Shown here in pieces: positions 58,030 to 64,000 of a stretch of DNA of 64,000 bases. Location of the stretch: assembly GCA_965249575.1 (NCBI GenBank), contig OZ252244.1, forward strand, positions 2,208,001-2,272,000, in the 5' to 3' direction. The translations under genes and the position numbers were made by a program. This DNA comes from Gemmatimonadales bacterium. GTDB taxonomy: Bacteria > Gemmatimonadota > Gemmatimonadetes > Gemmatimonadales > GWC2-71-9. Under the pieces are notes generated by a model. It did no database searches, was not told where the DNA came from, and was given only the letters and a program-made list of their open reading frames with translations. The first letter of the stretch is position 1, and each line of letters starts with the position of its first letter.

Positions 58030-59148
58030 ATGCTCAATTACGACAACTTCGCGATCCTCCTCGCCCGGGCGGTCGAACTCATTCGGTCGCGGCCACGCGC
58101 CATCGAGGAGCAGAAGGGGGCTCTACGCGCGCTCGTTGCACTCACGAAACTGGGGGGCGCGACGTTTGCATTCCGGAACGACACCTTGCTCGTCGAGGGG
58201 GAAGCCGTCGCCCAGACGCTCCCCCTCATTCCGGCGTTGAGCACGCAGATGAAGGCACACGCGATACGTGAAATACGCATCGCACGGGGTGCCTCGGCTG
58301 CCGATCTGCTGAGTCTCATCCGTGCCCTCGCCGCTGAGGGAGGCGACTCGGCCACGCCGGCTATCTCAGCCGCCGGCACTGTCGCTATGCTGAGCGTTCC
58401 AGAGGAGGACGTTCCCGAGGGACGCCGGCCGGTCAGTGTAACTCGAGCGTTCGAAGTCGGTGGGTTAACGGATCGCGATTCCGCGGATCCCGATGCAGCG
58501 CTGGGGGGCGAGCCCGTCGCGGCGGGCGGTGGGGAGAGAGGAGTCGGATCGGGGGCCTCCTCTCTGCGCGCCGGAATGAGGCGTCTGGCGGCCAGCCCGC
58601 ACGGCTCGGACCTTCGTGACCGGTTGGGGATGGTGGTGGAGGGAATCGTGTCTGCTATGAGAGCGGGCGATGTCGCCAAGGCACTGGAAGCCCTCACCGC
58701 CGTGCTGGACCATGATTCGCAGTCGCCGGCCGAGGGTGACGCCGGACAGATATATGACTCTGCGATCCGGCATGTTCTCAATCAAGAAATACTGGACCGC
58801 GTCGTTCCGTTGCTCACAGACTCGGAGCAGGCATCCCGGGCGGCCGGGGTGGTCAGGCGGGCGGGCCTGGACGGGGTCGATGCCGTGGTCGCGCGCCTCG
58901 CGGCCACTGAGAACCCGACCGAGGCCCGCGCGTACTTCGCCGCCCTTGAGGGGGTGCGGGACCGTGGGCGGCTCTTGGTGGCGATGCTCACCCATCCGGA
59001 GCCAGCCACTGCACGCAACGTCGCCGAATTGATGGGCGATCTTGGGTTTGCCGAGGCCGTGCCGGCACTCGGACGCGCCCTGTCCCATGAGGAGCCACTA
59101 GATGAGGTGAAGTGGAACCGGCCTCCCTCCGACGTCAGCGGGGAGTGA
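58030..59148 (+). CDS. Alpha-helical HEAT-repeat-like protein, possibly C-terminally truncated
   Basis: LTHPEPATARNVAELMGDLG..EAVPALGRALSH HEAT-like unit close to the stop. Confidence 0.6.
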   Translation: MLNYDNFAILLARAVELIRSRPRAIEEQKGALRALVALTKLGGATFAFRNDTLLVEGEAVAQTLPLIPALSTQMKAHAIREIRIARGASAADLLSLIRALAAEGGDSATPAISAAGTVAMLSVPEEDVPEGRRPVSVTRAFEVGGLTDRDSADPDAALGGEPVAAGGGERGVGSGASSLRAGMRRLAASPHGSDLRDRLGMVVEGIVSAMRAGDVAKALEALTAVLDHDSQSPAEGDAGQIYDSAIRHVLNQEILDRVVPLLTDSEQASRAAGVVRRAGLDGVDAVVARLAATENPTEARAYFAALEGVRDRGRLLVAMLTHPEPATARNVAELMGDLGFAEAVPALGRALSHEEPLDEVKWNRPPSDVSGE

Positions 59149-60202
59149 AATCGGTGTCGGTGGACAACCGACTCGTGAACTCGGCCAAGAGCGTGGCAAC
59201 CCGATCGAGATCTCGTAAGGCGATCATCTCGTTCGGTGAATGCATGTATCGATTGGGCACCGAAACGAGTGCGGTCGCGATCCCTTGCGCCGCCGTGTAG
59301 ATGGCGTCGGCATCCGTGCCCGTGTCTCGGGGCGCGGCTGAGAGGGTGTAGGGAATCCCCTTTGCTTCGGCGGTTTCGACGAGCATGTCGAACACGGCGG
59401 AGTTGATTGCTGACCCCCGTGACAAAACCGGGCCTCCATCCAGCTTGCACTCACCGACTTCCTTTTTTTCGACACTCGGGTAATCGGTCGCGTGAGTGAC
59501 GTCCACCACGATCGCGACCATCGGCTTGATGCTCGTTGCGCTCGTCCGGGCGCCACCGCTGCTCCAGTTGATTTCCTCCTGCGTAGTCGCAACGGCGAAT
59601 GCGGCGGTCTGTCCATCGCCCTCGGAAATTAGGCGAAGGGTCTCCAGCACCACGAATGCGCCAATGCGGTTGTCGATACTCCGGGATACTAGGCGCCCGT
59701 TGGGGTACTCGACTGTTTCGCAGTCGAGTACCGCCGGGTCTCCGACCCGAACCCGCTTCAGCGCTTCCTCCTTGCCCGCCGCCCCGATGTCGATCCACAA
59801 GTCGGATGGCTTCACGACACGCTCCCGTTCTTCCTTTCGCAAGAGGTGAACGGCCTTCCGTCCGATGACCCCTCGAACGGCGCCGTCTCGCGTCGCGATG
59901 ACGACCCGTTGCCCGACCAAGACCTGACGATCCCACCCGCCGATCGTCGAGAAGTAGAGATATCCATCGTCATCCACGTGAACGATCATGAGGCCGATCT
60001 CGTCCACGTGGCCAGCGAACATGATGCGGGGCTCATCGCGTGGATTGACGGCTGCGATGGAGTTGCCGGTGATGTCTACGGAGACCTCGTCGGCGAATGT
60101 TTCGGCCTCCGCACGCCAGATTCGAGCGGGGCCGGCTTCGAACCCCGATGGGCCGGGCGCATCCAGCAGGTTCTTGAGGAAAGCGAGCGATGATGGTTTC
60201 AT
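59135..60202 (-). CDS. M42 family metallopeptidase (TET/glutamyl aminopeptidase-like)
   Basis: PSGFE, GHVDEIG, DNRIG, QEE, DVTHATD, GTDAD, RYMHSP.E. Confidence 0.93.
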   Translation of the reverse strand: MKPSSLAFLKNLLDAPGPSGFEAGPARIWRAEAETFADEVSVDITGNSIAAVNPRDEPRIMFAGHVDEIGLMIVHVDDDGYLYFSTIGGWDRQVLVGQRVVIATRDGAVRGVIGRKAVHLLRKEERERVVKPSDLWIDIGAAGKEEALKRVRVGDPAVLDCETVEYPNGRLVSRSIDNRIGAFVVLETLRLISEGDGQTAAFAVATTQEEINWSSGGARTSATSIKPMVAIVVDVTHATDYPSVEKKEVGECKLDGGPVLSRGSAINSAVFDMLVETAEAKGIPYTLSAAPRDTGTDADAIYTAAQGIATALVSVPNRYMHSPNEMIALRDLDRVATLLAEFTSRLSTDTDFTPR

Positions 60203-60479
60203 GCGTATGGGTCCTGAGTGTCAGCTCCCGATAACGTGGTGGTATTCTGACGCGTCAAGTCGTCGATGTTGCGGGCCTCCGCTGGACCGTGGAAACAGTC
60301 AGCCGCGGCCGCACGTCGGGATATCTCAATCCGAAAGTGCACCGGCCCATCCTGCAGTTTGCCTGTCTCGACGCCGACCGGCCGAAGCGGTACGCGGCGC
60401 TACCGATTGACGCCGGCGACTCCCTCGCCACCGTTGCGGAGGGGGTGCTGATCGAGTTGCTGGCGGTGGCAAGGGTGCA

Positions 60480-61649
60480 CTAATGATTCAGCAACAGTTT
60501 CGCGATGGTTTGCAGCTGCATGTTGCTCGTGCCTTCATATATCGTCCCGATCTTTGCGTCACGGTAGAACTTCTCGACCGGATATTCCTTGGTGTAGCCG
60601 TATCCGCCAAACAGCTCCACACACTGACTGGTCACGCGCTCGGCCGCCTGCGCGGAGAAGAGCTTGGCGATGGCTGCCTCGCGAGTGTAGGGTAGGCCGG
60701 CGTCGCGCAACCGGGCAGCGTTGTACACCAGCAGGCGCGCGGCCTCGAGATCGGTATCGGCTTGCGCCAACTGAAACTGCACGCCTTGGAAATCGGCGAT
60801 TGACTGGCCGAACTGCTGCCGCTCTCGCACGTAGACGAGCGCGGCCTCGAGGGCTCCCCGCGCCACGCCGATCATCTGCGCTCCAATCCCAATCCGTCCA
60901 CCATTGAGAGTCTCGATCGCTACCTTGTAGCCCTTGCCCACGTCGCCGAGCACGTTGTTATCCGGAACCTGGCAGCCGTCCAGAATCAACTCGGTGGTGC
61001 TCGAAGCTCGGATGCCGAGCTTGTCCTCCTTCTTCCCTACGCTGAACCCTGGAAAGTCGCGCTCGACGATGAACGCGGTGATTCCCTTATAGCCCTTCGA
61101 AGGGTCGACCGTCGCGAACACAATGAAGATGTCAGCCTCCGCGCCGTTGGTGATCCACAGCTTTTGCCCGTTCAGCACCCATCCACCCTCACGCTGTTCC
61201 GCGCGCGTGCTGAGCCCGAACGCATCAGATCCAGATCCGGTTTCCGATAACGCGTAGGCCCCGACGGTGCCACCCGCAAGCTGGGGCAGGTATCGCTGCT
61301 GGATATCGGCGTTTCCCCAGGTCATTAGGCAGTCGTTCACGAGCGTGTTCTGTACATCAACCAGCACTGCCGTGGACGCATCGACCGCACTCAGTTCCTC
61401 TACCGCGAGCACGGTCATGAAGAACGTGCCCCCGGCTCCTCCTAGGGATTCGCCCACGTCGATCCCCATCAACCCGAGCTCGGCGAACTTCGGCAAGAGC
61501 GACCGGTCGATCTCGCCCGCCCGGTCCATTGCGGCCACCATGGGGCCGACCTCGCTTTCTGCAAAACCGCGGACGGCAGATCGAAACATCTCCTCGTCTT
61601 CCGACAAGGCCGTGAGAGGCCGCATGGAGGTAGCGGGCGCCGTAGTCAT
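60480..61649 (-). CDS. Acyl-CoA dehydrogenase (short/branched-chain type)
   Basis: YALSE..SGSDA, GQKLWITNG, KLGIRASST, RQQFG, GGYGY, IYEGTSNMQ. Confidence 0.94.
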   Translation of the reverse strand: MTTAPATSMRPLTALSEDEEMFRSAVRGFAESEVGPMVAAMDRAGEIDRSLLPKFAELGLMGIDVGESLGGAGGTFFMTVLAVEELSAVDASTAVLVDVQNTLVNDCLMTWGNADIQQRYLPQLAGGTVGAYALSETGSGSDAFGLSTRAEQREGGWVLNGQKLWITNGAEADIFIVFATVDPSKGYKGITAFIVERDFPGFSVGKKEDKLGIRASSTTELILDGCQVPDNNVLGDVGKGYKVAIETLNGGRIGIGAQMIGVARGALEAALVYVRERQQFGQSIADFQGVQFQLAQADTDLEAARLLVYNAARLRDAGLPYTREAAIAKLFSAQAAERVTSQCVELFGGYGYTKEYPVEKFYRDAKIGTIYEGTSNMQLQTIAKLLLNH

Positions 61650-61750
61650 CGAGTGGGCTCCGTGGGCCTTTGGCGATCCGAGCCTGTCAGGCCCCACCAA
61701 AGGTCCGCTTGAATATCAGCGGCTGAATCTAGGCGTCGACTGAGGGGTAC

Positions 61751-62446
61751 TCAACCGTCTTCGCCAACGATAACCCCGAACAGTCGGCGCGGTGTAGCCT
61801 CGAACGGCTGCGAGGGCCGATATACAGGGACCGGCCAGGAGGTGGGAACCCACTTGGATCGATCGGCGACCACGTAACAGGGCCGCCGCGCGTCCTGCGC
61901 GGCGAGTGCAAGCATACGAGTGCCGACCTTATTGACGACGAGGCGGGGGGTCACAGCATCCGCCCCGACCAGCGCGAGGTGCGCCGCGGCCAGCGACTCG
62001 CACATCAGCGTATCGGGGACCACCCGCACCGTGGCGCCCTGGCGCCGCAACAGGCGCGCGGTCTTTTGTCCCTCACCTCCCGGGAGGCTCTGGGCAATCG
62101 TCACGGTGAGGTCATGCCTCCCGAGTGCCGCCACAACCGTCGAGGAGTAGCTGATGGTGACCACGTGGGCGCCCTGCGGAATGAGGCGCCGGGCGTGCCG
62201 GGCGGCCGCTGCCGCCCCGAGGCGAAGCTCGCGCAGGAAGGCACGCCGGTCGGTCGAGCGGACCGCGTTCCACACCGCCCCCATGGCGGGGTGGGCCCGA
62301 CTCAGCCGGTTCGCCAGGCGCCGTACTTGGCCAGGGGAGCGGCCGCTCCGCTCGGCCGACTCGAGGATGCCGATTGCCCGCTCTGCAAGCTCGACGGCGC
62401 CGGAAGTACGATCGTCGAGAAAACCAGCCAGGCTGGGCGCGCTCAC
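61751..62446 (-). CDS. eIF-2B / ribose-1,5-bisphosphate isomerase family protein (short)
   Basis: SGA..LA, HPAM, TISYSSTV, SLPGGEG, VGADAV, NKVGT..LAL.A, FEATP. Confidence 0.8.
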   Translation of the reverse strand: MSAPSLAGFLDDRTSGAVELAERAIGILESAERSGRSPGQVRRLANRLSRAHPAMGAVWNAVRSTDRRAFLRELRLGAAAAARHARRLIPQGAHVVTISYSSTVVAALGRHDLTVTIAQSLPGGEGQKTARLLRRQGATVRVVPDTLMCESLAAAHLALVGADAVTPRLVVNKVGTRMLALAAQDARRPCYVVADRSKWVPTSWPVPVYRPSQPFEATPRRLFGVIVGEDG

Positions 62447-62907
62447 CGAGATGGGTGGGCGTCCTGCGAAGGAGGGATCCGGAGCGTCATCACGGTCGCG
62501 GTCTCGGGACAGGCCGAGATGAACTCGACCGACTGGAGAACCTCGGGCCGAACGGCGGCGCGCTGAACCGGTTCGAAGCCGAAGCGCGGGAAGAACCCCG
62601 CCGCAGTCTCCGTGAGTAGGTATACCGTATCCACACCGCGAGCTGATGCGAGACCCAGCGCCGCCTGAGTGAGTCTGGCGCCGTGCCCTCGCCCCTGCCG
62701 GTCGGAGCGGACGGCGACCGAGCGCAGCAGCCCGCTGGTGCCGTACACCTCTACAGCGGAACAGCCCACGATGCCGCCGTCCTCCCGCAGGACCACGGTC
62801 GTGTCCAGGTGGTCCCCAAGGCTCGCCTCCGGGAGACCGCTCGCCGAGAGGAGTTTCAGAATGGATGGCAGGTCTTTTCTGCTGGCTGAGTCAATTTGAG
62901 GGAGCAT
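62443..62907 (-). CDS. GNAT N-acetyltransferase, ArsN2-like
   Basis: GLLRSVAV..QGRGHG, YLLTETA..FF.RFGF, S.EF..ACP.TA.VM. Confidence 0.8.
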   Translation of the reverse strand: MLPQIDSASRKDLPSILKLLSASGLPEASLGDHLDTTVVLREDGGIVGCSAVEVYGTSGLLRSVAVRSDRQGRGHGARLTQAALGLASARGVDTVYLLTETAAGFFPRFGFEPVQRAAVRPEVLQSVEFISACPETATVMTLRIPPSQDAHPSR

Positions 62908-62960
62908 TCTCGGAACCCGCCATCATGCAGGGTGCGACGGTTCAAAGCCGGTCCGTCGAT

Positions 62961-64000
62961 TCAATAAGTCGCCCAATTGTCGACCCAGATTGGCACCCGT
63001 CGAAAGCCGGTGAGAGCGGCCAGCGAGGCGTCGATCACGCACTGGTCGTAGTCGATATCCTGATGCGAGCCGCCGATGGTGCCCGTCGGAGGTGCCGGGC
63101 CGCCGAGCAGCGTGTTCAAGCCCGACACGACCACGCCGTCGAAGTAGGTTTGATCGGCGTTGAAGTGGATCGTTCCTCCTACCAGAATGATGCCGTCCCA
63201 ACAGACTCGTGGAGACCCGGCAGTGGTCAAGTCTCCGCTCACGATCAGCAGGCCGGTTCCATACACGTTGGAGCCGGAGGCGGCGATGGTGGCATCGCCG
63301 AGGACGCGCGTGATTGGGTAACTGAAGTCCCCGAGCACGATCGAATCGTGGTCCGGCTTGATCCCGATGCTCAGGACCGAGTTCCAGTTGATCCCCGTGA
63401 GGTTGGCCACGATGCTGGGAGTGTCCTGCTCTACGACGATCGGTATGGAGCCGTCAACCGTGTATCCGGACACGTCGGGATTGCCTCCGGTTGGTACCCG
63501 AATGGCGGGCAGAGAGTCCCCGCTGCATGGATCGATTCCCCTGAACTCTCCCGCCCCGCCGGCAACGCGGTTGAGCAGGTTGATCGCAGTGAAGGGTGCG
63601 AGAACGTTGACCGTTGCTGTCTGCCACCTGGCGAACTGTGCGATGGTGCGAACTGCCTGGGGGTCGGCCCCAAGCGTGGGCTGGATGACGCTACCCGTCG
63701 AGCGCAGAACGTACGTCTGCGTGCTCGTCGCGGGTCCGGAGGCCTGGAGCACGTGTGCCACGACGTCGGCAAAGCCCCCCGCGACGTTGACTCGGGTGGA
63801 GTCGCCGTCTGCCGGTGCAGTTGCCGCGCTTCCTAGGTAGGACTCCAATCCAGCGTGGGCAGTGTTGAGCGCCAGGGTCGCCGCACCGGAGCTGTCCGCC
63901 AGCCGCCGGTCGGCCTGCACACGGGTGAACGCCGCCGCGAGCAAGACGGTGAGGAGGGATACGAGAAAGATGGTAAGTGGTAGCGCGAAGCCGTCTTGCT
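62961..64000 (-). CDS. PilX-like minor pilin / pilus assembly protein (start outside window)
   Basis: Frame continues to the window edge as QDG|FALPLTIFLVSLLTVLLAAA (class III prepilin-type signal); A..AGLE motif; G.GLLIVSGDL..W.GIILVGG C-terminus. Confidence 0.75.
   Translation of the reverse strand, partial: QDGFALPLTIFLVSLLTVLLAAAFTRVQADRRLADSSGAATLALNTAHAGLESYLGSAATAPADGDSTRVNVAGGFADVVAHVLQASGPATSTQTYVLRSTGSVIQPTLGADPQAVRTIAQFARWQTATVNVLAPFTAINLLNRVAGGAGEFRGIDPCSGDSLPAIRVPTGGNPDVSGYTVDGSIPIVVEQDTPSIVANLTGINWNSVLSIGIKPDHDSIVLGDFSYPITRVLGDATIAASGSNVYGTGLLIVSGDLTTAGSPRVCWDGIILVGGTIHFNADQTYFDGVVVSGLNTLLGGPAPPTGTIGGSHQDIDYDQCVIDASLAALTGFRRVPIWVDNWATY

Noticed and set aside
60289..60483. 64-aa ORF between the M42 peptidase and acyl-CoA dehydrogenase genes
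   Set aside because: No recognisable motif or clear RBS, and opposite in orientation to both neighbours; it cannot be supported.
62443..62907. Arsenic-resistance operon around the ArsN2-like GNAT
   Set aside because: No arsR, arsC, acr3 or arsM neighbours, so only family-level similarity can be claimed.
1..64000. CRISPR arrays, tRNA/rRNA genes, transposases, integrases, prophage or defence systems
   Set aside because: No regularly spaced repeats, cloverleaf or rRNA-like segments, or matching protein motifs were seen by eye; a covariance-model scan was not possible.

Overview
GC-rich bacterial chromosomal window. The gene repertoire suggests Gemmatimonadota, which is an inference and was not checked. 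About 60 genes are supported, mostly housekeeping or envelope functions: pncB/pncA, serA, leuS, tag, thrB, asnB, nth, polX, two ECF sigma/anti-sigma modules, a MacAB-TolC-type exporter and a three-subunit xanthine-dehydrogenase-family molybdoenzyme. No rRNA, tRNA, CRISPR array or transposase was recognised. The top candidate for a novel system is a RiPP-like island at about 5.5-9.0 kb, lying between pncB and pncA. It encodes a 55-aa peptide with a lasso-type leader, a radical SAM enzyme, a stand-alone PqqD/RRE, an HprK-like kinase and a nucleotidyltransferase, but no lasso cyclase or leader peptidase. Other highlights: an OsmC-like gene with an in-frame TGA at the catalytic Cys position plus a SECIS-like hairpin (candidate selenoprotein); a molybdoenzyme gene whose middle is cut into ~48-nt blocks that are inverted and swapped; a ~750-nt segment using almost only G-ending codons; and a GspE/PilB ATPase fused to a receiver domain beside an Hpt protein. 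Several 1-2 nt frameshifts suggest consensus or assembly errors, so broken genes should be checked against raw reads.
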